This document shows, in pieces, positions 12,807-25,950 of a stretch of DNA of 64,000 nucleotides. The notes under the pieces were generated by a model. That model was not told where the DNA came from and did no database searches. It saw only the letters and a list, made by a program, of their open reading frames with translations. The stretch lies in the NCBI GenBank assembly GCA_951406725.2, contig OX597832.1, forward strand, positions 54,374,001 through 54,438,000, given 5' to 3'. Numbering within the stretch: position 1 is the stretch's first letter; each line of letters opens with the position of its first letter. Origin of the DNA: Octopus vulgaris (taxonomy: Eukaryota). The position numbers and the translations under genes are program-made.

Positions 12807-13359
12807 CCCTGATGCAGTACCAGGCAGTGGCTCTCATGGCTTCTGATCTTAACTGATTGGAAGTGTTATCATGTACATTGTTTTGTCTTGGTATAAAAGA
12901 TGGGCTACAGCAAATATTCTGCTCAATACCACAGATTTGCTTGTCAGTTGTTTGACCTTAACCAGTTGAGCATGTCCCTTAGTGGCTGACGATATGTGCA
13001 TCTCTGATCACGAGCAGAAGTAGTGGGGGAGCATCATAGCCATGTGTTGAGAGGGATTCTTTGGGGTTTGAATAGTTCACCTCTGGAAACATGGGTGGTT
13101 CTTTCAACATCCTTAAACAACCCTTATTCAGGGACCGTTTGAGCGGGATGGGCTACTCAACCTGAAGAAAATTCTAACTGGGCCCCACCTGCAAGGTCAT
13201 GTGCTGTTTATCTTGATATGAGATCACCATGTCGCGCACATATGGTTGTGATGCATGTGCCTGGTGTACCTTTATCAGACGGGTAGTCATGATGGGTATA
13301 TTGGGCTTCGTATATTTTACCCCAGTGTCACTTTGATGGCATGAACTGCTCTCTCACTC
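12806..13359. mobile_element. Unclassified ~550-bp insert embedded in (AAT)n
   Basis: GC-richer block flanked on both sides by (AAT)n; no ORF recognised. Confidence 0.5.
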
Positions 13360-13423
13360 AATAATAATAATAATAATAATGATAATAATAATAATGATAA
13401 TAATAATAACAATAATAATGATG

Positions 13424-13515
<92 letters not shown>

Positions 13516-14237
13516 AATGTGGCAAGCTGGCTGAATTATGAGCATGCTGGGCAAAATGATGAATAGCATTTTTTCTGGTTTTATGTTCTAAGTTCAAACT
13601 CTGCTGAGCTTATCTCTAACTTTCATGCTTCTAGTGATGATAAATTAAGGTCCGGTCAAGCACTGGCATTGATGTCATCAACTAGTCTCCTACCCCCAAA
13701 TTGCAGGCCTTACACCAAAATTCAAAAGAAATATTATTATTATTATTACCATTATTATTATTAAGGCAGCAAGGTGGTAGAATTGTTAACATACCAGACA
13801 AAATGTTTGGCAGCATCTTGTCTGTCTTAATGTTCTGGGTTCAAATTCTGCTGAGATCAGCTTTACCTGTCATACTTCTGGGGCTGATGAAATAATTACC
13901 TGTCATATACTGGGGTCATGGTAACCGACTAGTCCTTCTCTCCAAATTATAGTGGAAAGCATTATTATCATCATTATTAAGGCAATGGATTGACAGAATT
14001 GTTAGCACAGAGGTTAAAAAGCTTAGCAGATTTTACTCGTCTTTATGTTCTGAGTTCAAATTCTGCCAAGGTCGACAAGGTCTTTCATCCTTTTGGGGTT
14101 GATCAAATAAGTACCAGTTGAATACTAGGGTTGATGCTATGATAAGCCTTGTGCCTATCATAGAACGAATTATCATTATTACCTCTGTCTTAGCGAAGGC
14201 AGAGGTGTTGTCTTCGGTCGTGTTAGTTTGTCTGTGG

Positions 14238-14516
14238 ACAAGATATCTCAAGAACCACTGGATGGATTCGGATGAAACTTCCAGGGAAGTTTGGCCTCGC
14301 GACTAGCATGAACTGAAGCAGACATTTTACCACACATCTACGCCTGTGCCACTTCTGTACTCACCTGTAGCGAACCACAAGATATCTCAAGAACCACTGG
14401 ATGGATTCGGATGAAACTTCCAGGGAAGTTTGGCCTCGTGACTAACATGAACTGAAGCAGACATTTTACCACACATCTACGCCTGTGCCTCCGCTGTACT
14501 CACCTCTAGCGAACCA
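14238..14516. repeat. 139-bp tandem duplication that includes the exon-9 splice donor
   Basis: acaagatatctcaagaacc...ctgtactcacct.tagcgaacca occurs twice; donor G positions at 14503 and 14364. Confidence 0.9.
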
Positions 14517-14574
14517 ATACTATCCATTTGGTTATAGGCTTGCATCACACTGTAGAGAACAACTGACACACCAT
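14504..14574 (-). CDS. NHE coding exon 9
   Basis: ttgcag|...|gtgagt = (D)GVSVVLYSVMQAYNQMDSIGSLE; 71 nt, phase 1 to 0. Confidence 0.94.
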
Positions 14575-14683
14575 CTGCAAGACATAATTGTGGAGATATA
14601 TGGTACATGGAAGAGACAAGTTGGTGTCTTGAGCTGTTACTAGAAGGACTTCAGGATTTCAGTCATGCCCTTGTCTAAACCTG

Positions 14684-14916
14684 ATTCTTTATTGCCCACA
14701 AGGGGCTAAACATAGAGGGGACAAACAAGGACAGACAAACGGATTAAGTCGATTACATCAACTCCAGTGCATAACTGGTACTTAATTTATCGACCTCCGA
14801 AAGGATGAAAGGCAAAGTTGACCTTGGCGGAATTTGAACTCAGAACGTAACGGCAGATGAAATACCGCTAAGCATTTCGCCCGGCATGCTAACGTTTCTG
14901 CCAGCTCGCCGCCTTA
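14684..14916 (-). mobile_element. SINE B, full length, with 13-bp target-site duplication
   Basis: TSD ttgtctaaacctg at 14671-14683 and 14917-14929. Confidence 0.92.
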
Positions 14917-15322
14917 TTGTCTAAACCTGTTGTAACAAATATTTTAACAGTTACTAAGATATCTAATGTAGCAAACCCTAACAAGTCTTAATTACTTAAC
15001 AACCTAACCCTGTCATGCCATATTCCTGCTACAGCAGAAATAACCTAAATATAATCTCTACCAGATTCCCATTAAAGCAGTAATGAACATAGAAAAATAA
15101 ATTAAAATACTAAAATTATACGACTGTTCACATTGCAGCTTTGTAGACAAGTGTGTTTATAACTCATTTGTTAATGGTGTCCTCCACAGCTGGTGTTTAC
15201 TTTTGTTTTTAATAAAATAAAGACAATGATTTTGCAATGAAATGAGTGTGTGATGAACTCTGTACTTTGTCTCGTAAATGAGAAAGAACTAGGCTCTTGT
15301 CGTTGAGAAAATTACTGAAGAT

Positions 15323-15467
15323 GTTTATTCTTTGGACAAGAAGTGAGCAAGAATTTCAATCAGTTTATCTTTACACAGACGGTGAGAGTGCCATTTATTC
15401 TTTGGACAAGACGTGAGCAAGAGTTTCAATCAGTTTACCCTTACACAAATGGTGAGAGTGCTATTTA
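15323..15467. repeat. ~71-bp tandem duplication
   Basis: tttattctttggacaaga.gtgagcaaga.tttcaatcagttta...ggtgagagtgc occurs twice. Confidence 0.85.
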
Positions 15468-15562
15468 TGCATCAAATGAGGTTCATCATGCTGAGTTGAC
15501 TGGTATACTAAGGCAGAATACTAGCAGAAGTTGAGAAGCAAATCCTACTATTGTTATTCTCT

Positions 15563-15971
15563 CTCTTTACTCTTTTACTTGTTTCAGTCATGTGACCGTG
15601 GCCATGCTGGAGCACCGCCTTTAGTTGAGCAACTCGACCCCGGGACTTATTCTTTATAAGCCCAGTACTTATTCTATCGGTCTCTTTTGCCGAACCGCTA
15701 AGTGACGGGGACGTAAACACACCAGCATCGGTTGTCAAGCAACGCTAGGGGGACAAACACAGACACACAAACACACACACACATACATATATATATATAC
15801 ATATATACGACAGGCTTCTTTCAGTTTCCGTCTACCAAATCCACTCACAAGGCATTGGTCGGCCCGGGGCTATAGCAGAAGACACTTGCCCAAGATGCCA
15901 CGCAGTGGGACTGAACCCGGAACCATGTGGCTGGTTAGCAAGCTACTTACCACACAGCCACTCCTGCGCCT
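15563..15971 (-). mobile_element. SINE A, full length, low divergence
   Basis: Near-identical to the copy at 29621-30025. Confidence 0.92.
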
Positions 15972-16460
15972 ATATATTTTTTTGCTCAGGAGCCCAGGTG
16001 GAGGGTAAAATTAGATACAGGGGTCCTGGTCTGAGAGGGTTAAAATTATACCCACAGTGAAGAGGAGAAAGAAAAAATCATTTAGTCAAGGCTTAATTCC
16101 GGCTTAGATAGGCAAGGGAGATAACTATGACAGTAAAACTGATTAAAAATTGGAAGTGGACATATGCAGAGTCAGGAGTGAATCTGATCTTCGGTAGGTG
16201 TCATGACAACAGCAGACATATTTCAATTTTATTAGACTTCCTCAACAAAACTATGTTGCCAATATTTGCCAAACTTTAGAATGATCTAAGACATAGGAAG
16301 ATTTTGAATAAATAAACACATCAGTTGTAACATATTGATACAGTTATACCCTGTGCATATATCATTTGCTGAACTTAACTCCCCAGTGTAGTGATAATGG
16401 CAAAACCTGATTTGAATGTTGAAGAAATTCATTAGCATTACCAATATCTTCAAGACTTTA

Positions 16461-17093
16461 AGGCAGCGAGCTGGCAGAATTGTTAGCACGCCGGGTGAAA
16501 TGCTTAGCGGTATTTCGTCTGCTGCTACATTCTGAGTTCAAATTCCGCTGAGGTTGACTTTGCCTTTCATCCTTTTGGGATCGATAAATTAAGTACCAGT
16601 TACGCACTGGGGTCGATATAATCGACTTAATCCGTTTGTCTATCCTTGTTTGTCCTCCCTGTGTTTAGCCCCTTGTGGGTAGTAAAGAAATAGGTATTTC
16701 GTCTGCCGCTACATTCTGAGTTCAAATTCCACCGAGGTCGACTTTGCCTTTCATCCTTTTGGAGGTCAATAAATTAAGTACCAGTTGCATACTGGGGTTG
16801 ATCTAATCGACTGGTCCCCTCCCCCCAAACTTCAGGCCTTGTATCTAGAGTAGAAAAGAATATATATTTCCAAAAGGCGGTGAGCTGGCAGAAATGTTAG
16901 CATGCTGGGCAAAATGCTTAGCGGTATTTTGTCTGTCTGTCTTAATGTTCTGAGTTCAAATTCTGCCGAGGTCGACTTTGCCTTTCATCCTTTTGGGGTC
17001 AATAAATTAGGTACCAGTTGCATACTAGGGTCGATCTAATTCATAAGCCCCCTCCCCAAAAATTTTAGGCCTTGTGCCTAGAGTAGAAAAGAA
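16461..17093 (+). mobile_element. Cluster of three SINE B units
   Basis: Repeated ctgagttcaaatt...gactttgcctttcatcc blocks. Confidence 0.85.
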
Positions 17094-17730
17094 TATTTTC
17101 AAGACATTAGAATGAATGATTGATATCTTTTATCTTTTACTTGTTACAGTCATTGGACTGCGGCCATGCTGGAGCACCATCATGAAGGGTTTAGTCAAAC
17201 AAGTGAACCCAACCTCCAGTTCTTATTTTTATACCGGATACTTATTCTATCAGTTGCTGTTGCTGAACTGCTAAGTTATGGGCGATGCAAACCGACATCA
17301 GCTGCCAGGCGGTGGATGGGAGACAAACACGAAGACACACACATGCACACACACATATACACATGCATGTGTGTGTGTGCATGTATATGTGAGGCTTCTG
17401 CACAGTTACCATTCACCAAATTCATTCACAAGGCATTGGTCAGCTAAGGGCTACAGTAAAAGACACTTGTCCAAGGTGTTGTGAAACACAGGAGGGGAAC
17501 ATTGAATAATGTAGTCCTAGATATATTATACCTGAAAATAAGGTGGGATAGCTATGACTGGAATGTCATTGATCAAAGATCAGTTCCACTAGTTCAGAAC
17601 TGAGGTGAAAAAATAGCAAAGTACATCATTTTGTATGTTTATTTAATTAATTAATAATTACAATTAATTTAGAAATAATTAAAATAAATGCCACTGCTGT
17701 TGAAGAATTTATCAAAATAAGAATACTTAC

Positions 17731-17806
17731 CGTTTAGAAGTGATTCTCCAAATACCAAAATGTATAGATTACTGTTCACTCCAACCTCGCTAAAGATAGC
17801 AAGCAC
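17731..17806 (-). CDS. NHE coding exon 8
   Basis: ccttaag|...|gtaag = VLAIFSEVGVNSNLYILVFGESLLN(D); catalytic FGESLLND motif; 76 nt, phase 0 to 1. Confidence 0.97.
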
Positions 17807-17821
17807 CTTAAGGGAGAAAGG

Positions 17822-17878
<57 letters not shown>

Positions 17879-17980
17879 AGATATTAATTAAAAAATTTCA
17901 AGTCAGATAGAAGTAGTACTGGTTGTATTTTAAATTTCAATTAAATGAAGAATAGAATTTTCTGGATTATAGGAATAATG

Positions 17981-18256
17981 CAGTTCTATATTTAAGAGAT
18001 GAGGAATTATGTACATTATTTACATTTGATGGATATTTGTTGTTAACACAATGTTTCGGCTGATATACCCTCCAGCCTTCTTCAGGTGTCTTGGGGAAAT
18101 TTCGAACCTGGGTTCTCATTCCTAAGGTATTTTTCGATGTTGTTATTATCATTATTATTGTTGTTGTTGTTGTTATTGTTCAGGTCATTGCTTGGAATTG
18201 AACTAAGAATCTCGAGGTTAGTAGCCTGCGCTCTTAACCACTACGCCTTTTATGCC
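17981..18256 (-). mobile_element. Hammerhead-containing SINE E, copy 2
   Basis: Same head, linker and tail; HHR at 18045-18090 reads GACAC CUGAAGA AGGCUG..CAGCC GAAACAUU GUGUU (ACGU palindrome changed to ACAU). Confidence 0.85.
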
Positions 18257-19270
18257 TGTGGGCATAAGGATTTGTATATGAATTTGACAAGGATTTATGT
18301 TTTAAAAGATTCAAAAATAAATTTCAATTAAAAACAAGCATGGTAGTGGGTTAAGAAGCTTGTTTCCCAACAACATGGTTCTAGGTTCAGTTCCACTGCA
18401 TGGCACCTTGGGCAAGTGTCTTCTACTAAAGCCTCGGGCCGACCAAAGCCTTGTGGGTGGATTTGGTAGACGGAAACTGAGAGAAACCCTTCATATATAT
18501 ATATATATGTGTGTGTGTGTTTGTACCCCTACCATCACTTGACAACCGAAATTGGTGTGTTTATGTCCCTGTAACTTAGCAGTTCAGCAAAAGAAACTGA
18601 TAGAATAAGTACTAGGGAGGACACATGTTTAAAATGAAACAGCCATCATGTTTAAAAGGGGTATAAGTATTTAATAAGAGAAAACCACCATGAGTTTAGA
18701 CGGGATCATGTGCTTTAAATATATGTTTAGAAGGGTGCATATGTGTTTAATAAGAGAAAACCATGTGTTTAGGTGAAAACATGTTTAAAACGAGACAGCC
18801 AACATACATTTAGAAGGGTTCATATGTATTTAATACAAGAAAATCATCATGTGTTTAGATAAGCCCAGTACTTATTCTATCGGTCTCTTTTGCCGAACCG
18901 CTAAGTGACGGGGATGTAAACACACCAGCAACAGTTGTCAAGCAATGCTAGGGGGACAAACACAGACACACAAACATATACACACACACATATATATATA
19001 TATACATATATACGACAGGCTTCTTTCAGTTTCCGTCTACCAAATCCACTCACAAGGCATTGGTCGGCCCGGGGCTATAGCAGAAGACACTTGCCCAAGA
19101 TGCCACACAGTGGGATTGAACCTGGAACCATGTGGTTGGTAAGCAAGCTACTTACCACACAGTCACTCCTGCGCCTGGATAACAATCTACCAGAATCACT
19201 CTCAGCTTTATGATAATTAGCATTCTTTTTCTCAAAGAGTATAAGTGGTAGGAATAGAGACAAAACTTAC

Positions 19271-19383
19271 TGCCACAGGATCTACTGCCACAATTATGGA
19301 ACCAAAAACAAGGAATTCAGTCAACTGCAAGGAATCTACTCCTGTGATTTCTGGTGCAAGTGATAATCCCCAAAGTGAAAGAG
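19271..19383 (-). CDS. NHE coding exon 7
   Basis: ttttcag|...|gtaag = (S)LSLWGLSLAPEITGVDSLQLTEFLVFGSIIVAVDPVA; AVDPVA motif; 113 nt, phase 1 to 0. Confidence 0.96.
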
Positions 19384-19457
19384 CTGAAAAGTAGAAAGTT
19401 ATGAAAAACAAAACAAAAACAAAACGATTAGTTCATTTCATCTCAAATTACTTTGCG

Positions 19458-19716
19458 TAGTTAATGTCAAAAACTGATAATTCATATTTTAGGATAGTTA
19501 ATGTCAAAGACTGATGTATCATATATTAGGGTAGTTAATGTCAAAGACTGATATATCATATGTTAGGGTAGTTAATGTCAAAGACTGATATATCCTATTT
19601 TAGGGTAGTTAATGTCAAAGACTGATATATCATATTTTAGGGTAGTTTATGTCAAAGACTGATATATCCTATTTTAGGGTAGTTAATGACAAAGACTTAT
19701 ATATCATGTTTTAAGA
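19458..19716. repeat. 37-bp minisatellite, ~7 copies
   Basis: Unit tagttaatgtcaaagactgatatatcatattttaggg starting at 19458, 19495, 19532 and onward. Confidence 0.95.
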
Positions 19717-21232
19717 GTTTAAAGTAGTAGTTCTCTACCTTTTAATATCCAGGACAGATCCAAACTCTGGATTTTTTAAAGGGAGCCACACCAAAAAAGC
19801 AAGGCACAGGTCAATTAAGGAAAGAATTATTATATTTATAGAGGGAAAACCATCTAAAGCTACTGGAAGAATGCTTGAGAGCCACACGTGGCCCTGTGAT
19901 CTCCAGTTGGGAATTGCAGGTTTAAAGTCTTCAGTAACTTTTAATGCAGTCTTTTTTTTTGTTTTTTACATGCCATTAAATAATTCCACTTTATCCAGAT
20001 ATTATTTATCAAATGTTATAATTTATAAGTCAAGAAGACAATTTATAAGAAGACAAACACACACACACAAACAAACACACACACACACACACACTCACAC
20101 ACACACATACATATATATGATGGGCTTCTTTCAGTTTCTCTCTACCAAATCCACTCACATGGTTTTGGTCGGCCCGAGGCTATAGTAGAAGACACTTGCA
20201 CAAGATGTCATGCAGTGGGACTGAACCCGGAACCAGTGGTTGGTAAGCAAGCTTCTTACCACACAGCCACTCCTGCACCAAAATCGTTTTTAAGTGTTTA
20301 GGGCCTCTATGGCTCTTAATCCGACCTTGGCATGTGTATATATATTATCATTATCATCATCATCGTTTAATGTCCATTTTCGATGTTGGCATGGGTTGGA
20401 CAGTTTGACTGAGGACTGGCAAACCAGAAGGCTGCACCAGGCTCCAATCTGATCAGGCAATGTTTCCAAAACTGGATGCCCTTCCTAACGCCAACCACAC
20501 CGAGAGTGTAACGGGTGCTTTTTACGTGCCACTGGCACAGGAGCCAGCCAGGTGGCCCTGGTATTGATCACATTTGGATAGTGCTTTTTACATGCCAGTG
20601 GCTTGGGAGCCAGTCAGATGATGCTTTTTACACACATATACATCTTTTATATTTTATCTTTTACTTGTCTCAGACTGTGGCAAAGCTGGGGCACCACTTT
20701 AAAAAATTTCGGTCAAATGAATCTACATATTCTTTTTTTAAAGCCTAGTACTTATTCTATAGGTCTCTTTTGCTGAACTGCTAAGTTACAGGGATGTAAA
20801 CACACCAACACCGGTTGTCAAGTGGTAGCAGAGGACAAGCACACATACACACGAACACATACACAATGGGCTTTTTTTCAGTTTCCACCTACCAAATACA
20901 CCCACAAGGCTTTGGTTGACCTGGGGCTATAGTAGAAGACACATGCCACACAGTGGAACTGAACCTGGAATCATGTGGTTCGGAAGCAAGCTTCTTATTT
21001 CTTTATTGCCCACAGGGGGCTAAACATAGAGGGGACAAACAAGGACAGACAAACGGATTAAGTTGATTACATCGACCCCAGTGCGTAACTGGTACTTAAT
21101 TTATCGACCCCGAAAGGATGAAAGGCAAAGTCAACCTCGGTGGAATTTGAACTCAGAACGCAGTGGCAGACGAAATACCACAAAGTATTTTGCCTGGTGT
21201 GCTAGCTTCTTGCTGCACAGCTACACCTGCAC

Positions 21233-21284
<52 letters not shown>

Positions 21285-21634
21285 GCACACACACAAGGAA
21301 TGCTTCCATACAGTTGCCATCAATCGAATTTTGATTACAAGACATTAGTTAACTCAGATCTACAGTAGAAAAACCTTAACATAAAGTATAAAGTAACACA
21401 CGAGGGGATTGAACACAAAACCTCATGGTAGCTAAACAAACATCTTAAACACTTGGCTATGGCTGTGACTATTTTGAAATGTTTTAAAACTTAAAATTTC
21501 CTAAGAGAAAAATTTACTGCAACTAGATTTGTTTGCGTAAAGGTTTTAAAATTTAAAATCAATTGCGAAAATAAATGAAATTAATTGCAAATATAAAGAG
21601 TTAATCATAAATAAAAAATAAATAAAATACTTAC

Positions 21635-21662
21635 AGATAATTATACAATTAATAAAAGTACC
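21635..21662 (-). CDS. NHE coding exon 6 (28-nt micro-exon)
   Basis: atttcag|GGT ACT TTT ATT AAT TGT ATA ATT ATC t|gtaag = GTFINCIII; supplies the conserved GTxxN and bridges phase 0 to 1. Confidence 0.88.
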
Positions 21663-21762
21663 CTGAAATAATTAAAAGTGATAGATTTTAAAAAACAGTA
21701 TACAATATTGATAAATATCAAATAAAAAGATTGCTACTTCAAATGTAACAAGATCAACAACA

Positions 21763-21817
<55 letters not shown>

Positions 21818-21941
21818 CCATAACTAATTAAATTCTTCGAGTTATTCATTTCTCTAGGGCAGCTTTTATTTTGTAACTGAGCTTCAGTAACCGTTTGGGG
21901 TACCATTGGCTGCATCTAAAGGTACCACAAAAACCTTATCA

Positions 21942-22083
21942 AGACAATTCCCCCTGATGACAACTACCCCCTAGGACAATTACCTCCCTTGGTTGATTCC
22001 CCTCTCTGCAATATATTAAGCAGTTTTAAATCATCAACTGTTGTCCTCGGGGTAATTGTCCGGTGGGGGGGGGGGGTATGGCC
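21942..22083. mobile_element. Possible MITE remnant with inverted subterminal gacaattaccc repeats
   Basis: gacaattcccc/gacaactacccc/ggacaattacctc on the left; gttgtcc/ggggtaattgtcc on the right. Confidence 0.4.
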
Positions 22084-25000
22084 CAGACTCCACAAAAACT
22101 AATTAAGGAATTTAATTCATACATAGTTATTCTTTTATTTTCCTTTTACTTGTTTCAATCATTTGACCACAGTCATGCTGGAGCACCACATTAAAGAGAT
22201 TTTAGTCAGAGAAATTAACCCCCAGGACTTATTCTTTGTAAGGCTAACACTTATTCCATCTGTGTCTTTTGCTGAACTGCTAAGTTACGGGGAGGTAAAC
22301 ACAAATGAGAGTCACCTTTACACAAACAGTATCCTTCATTTCCAGTCTTTCGTGGAAACATGTCTGGTCACGGGGAAGTATTACCTTGCGTGGATACAGG
22401 TGAGGGTTGGCAACAAAAAGAGCACCTGGACATAGAAAATCGAGCCTTAGCAAGTTCTGTCCGACCCATACAAGCATGGAAAAACAGACATCAAAACAAA
22501 GGTGATACAAATAATTATATAAATCATCCTTGTTTTACTGCCTACTTTTCTATGTTTGCATAAGTCAGACTGAATTTGTAGCAGGCAGATTTTGTGTAGT
22601 TGGATGCCCATCCAGTTGTTATCCTTCACCTGGTTCTAAGCAAAGTAATATTCCTCCATTTCCAGATACGTTTGCACAGAAAATTAGAAACACACAATGC
22701 TGTTTGCATGGCTCTTGTTTACAACTAGTCCATGATATCAAGAAAAGAGACATACAAACATACAGACACACATTCCACACATATATATGTATATGATGGG
22801 CTTCTTTCAGTCTCTGTCTACAAAATCCACTTGCAGAGTTTTGGTTGACCCAGGGCTATAACAGGAGATGCTCACCCTAGATACCATACAATGGGACTGA
22901 ACCCCAAATCCCATAGTTCAGAAGCAAGCTTCTTAACCACACAGCCCTGTATGCACCTCTGTGCCGACACATACAGACAGATATGGTAATATTCTGTTCC
23001 CTGTGGAAGGCAGCGATCTGACAGAAATGTTAGCATGCCGGGCAAAATGCTTAGCAGTATTTTGTCTGTCTATGTTCTGAGTTCAATTTCTGCCAAGGCT
23101 GACTTTGCTTTTCATCCTTTCGGGGTCGATAAATTAAGTACCAGTTGCATACTAGGGTCGATCTAATTGACTGGTCCCCTCCCTCAAAATTTTGGGCCTT
23201 GTGCCTAGAGAAGAAAAGAATATTCTGTTCCTTGTGGTCTTCATCTCACAAGTTACTTGGTGACTCCACTAATGTTGGTGCCACATAAAAAGCACCCAGC
23301 ACACTCTGTAAAGTGGCTACCATTAAGAAGGATATCTAGCCATGGAAACCACACCAAATCAAACAATGGAATCTGGTGCAGCCATCAGGCCTTGCCAGCT
23401 CCTGTCAAACAATCCAACCCATAACAGACATTAAATGATGATGATATGATAATAAACATTGGTATAATTTATAAGGTCTAAGAGGTAACAGGCAACCATA
23501 GATGTATTTCAATGAATTTCGCCCTTCAGTTATCAGTGAAAGAAGTTGTCTCATCCTCTTTTTCTAAGTGGGAAACCTACAAATGTGCATAGGACTGTCA
23601 TCATCTCACATAATTGTAAATTTCAAAATAAGATAATAACAGGATATCTGATACGACATTGACTGCATGACAAAGAAATAACATCCAGAAGAAATATCAA
23701 ATTAAAACAAATATTCCTAATAAAAACAATACCAAAATATAACAAAAAATGAATAAACATTAGTTGTTTATTATTATTATAATTGTTCCAATAGGCACAC
23801 ATTCTTCTTGTTTATTTCAATGAATTAGGATTGGTTGTTGCAATTAATATAATTCAGTAATGAATTAACGAGTCTACATCATCTGTTTCTAAAATCATCA
23901 TCTTATCATCGTCATTATGGTACAATGTTTCTAAAATCATTATCGCAAAATGTTGCTGTCATCATTTGATCATCAGCATCATCATCCAGTGTTTTAAATC
24001 CGGGTTTTGTTCCCGTTAATGGGGGTGACCAGATCTACTTCAATGCCATAGCAACTGAGGTATATCAGCTGAAATGTTGTGTTAGCAACAAGCAAGATAA
24101 GGATAAATGTCCGTCAAATGTAAATAATGTGCAGGAGTGGCTGTGTGGTAAGTATCTTGCTTACCAAACACATTGTTCTGGGTTCAGTCCCACTGCGTGG
24201 CACCTTGGGCAAGTGTCTTCTACTATAGCCTCGGGCCGACCAAAGCCTTGTGAGTGGATTTGGTAGACGGAAACCGAAAGAAGCCCGTTGTATATATGTA
24301 TATGTGTATAACTTTCCAGTAAAAGATAGCCCATAAGTATATACGCAGTGAAGCTATACAATAGTGTCGTATTTATTACGATTGCTATTTTCCAGTAAAT
24401 ATTGGTGCTTTGTTGTACCATTTATCTGCTTTTATATGTATATGTGTATATATATATGTGTGTGTGTATGTGTTTGTGTATTTGTGTGTCTGTGTGTGTC
24501 TCTCCAACATTGCTTGACAACTGATGCTGGCGTGTTTACGTCCCAGTAACTTAGCGGTTTGGCAAAAGACACTGATAGAATAAGAACTAGGCTTACAAGC
24601 AACAAGCTCAGGGGTCGGTTTGCTCGACTAAAGGCGGTGCTCCAGTATGGCCACAGTCAAAATGACTGAAACAAGTGAAAGAGTAAAAGAGAAAGTGTTC
24701 TACATTGTATATGCCAAAATGAGAAATAGAAAAAGAGATAATTTTTTTCAAAAAAAGACGATTTATATATATATGAGAAAAAAGCAGATGACAAATTGTT
24801 GACATGAGGGAGATGATGTAAAGCAATGATGCAAGAATAACAACCCAACCCCCTCACCCCACCATCACTCACAACAATAAATCTTAATCTCTCTCAGCAT
24901 CAGAACCATTTTACCGAAGGAATAATAAGACAGAAGAGTGAAGAGGGAAGAAGAAGAAAGAAAATGAAAGAGATGTTTTTTTTTATCAGTCATCTTAGCA

Positions 25001-25244
25001 GTTTGTAAATGGTAAACACCAGCTGATGTCCCGGAATACTCGATCAATAAAAATCGTTACATTGATTAGTTAATGGGCGAGTTCAATCAATTAACATAGG
25101 GGAAAAACACGTAGATGTATTGACCTGTCAGATGAGTTGGCAAGGAAGCAATTGATCAAGTGTGTGTTTATGGGATGGTTTGGAAAGTTTTAAGTGAAAA
25201 GATACCCTGGTGCAGAAATGGTAAGGTGTTTGACAATTAGCGGT

Positions 25245-25950
25245 GTCAGCATTGTTGTTGTCATCGTCATCGTCATCATCACTGACGTTGTCGTCGTCGT
25301 CGTCGCTGTCATCATCATTGTCGCCATCATCATCATCACCACCACCATCATCATCATCGTCGTCATCGTCGTCATCATCATCATCATCATCACCGACATT
25401 GTCGTCGTCATCATCACTGTCATCATCATTGTCACCATCATCATCATCATCACCACCATCATCGTCATCATCATCATCATCGTCGTCATCATCATCATCG
25501 TCATCATCACTGTCATTGTCGTTGTCGCTGTCATCATCATTGTCGCCATCATCATCATCATCATCATCACCGTCATCATCGCTGTCATCATCATTGTTGC
25601 CATCATCATCACCACCATCATCGTCATCATCACTGTCATTGTCGTCGTCGCTGTCATCATCATTGTCGCCATCATCATCATCATCATCATCACCGTCATC
25701 ATCGCTGTCATCATCATTGTTGCCATCATCATCATCATCACCACCATCATCGTCATCATCGTCGTCGTCATCATCATCATTGTCGTCGTCATCATCACCG
25801 ACATTGTCATTGTCGCTGTCATCATCATTGTCGCCATCATCATCATCACCGTCATCATCATTATTATCATCGTCATCATCGTCATCATTGTCGTCATCAC
25901 CATCATCGTCATCATTATCATTTGTTGTCACTGTCATCGTCATCATCATT
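25245..25950. repeat. Compound (ATC/GTC)n trinucleotide array with higher-order duplications
   Basis: Direct inspection; produces spurious poly-D, poly-S and poly-M ORFs. Confidence 0.95.

Noticed and set aside
19458-19716. CRISPR-like 37-bp repeats
   Set aside because: Units are contiguous with no unique spacers, in a eukaryotic intron.
24865-25047. Hydrophobic ORF as a possible NHE exon
   Set aside because: No NHE similarity; exons 5 and 6 already join in phase with a continuous motif (AVI-GT).
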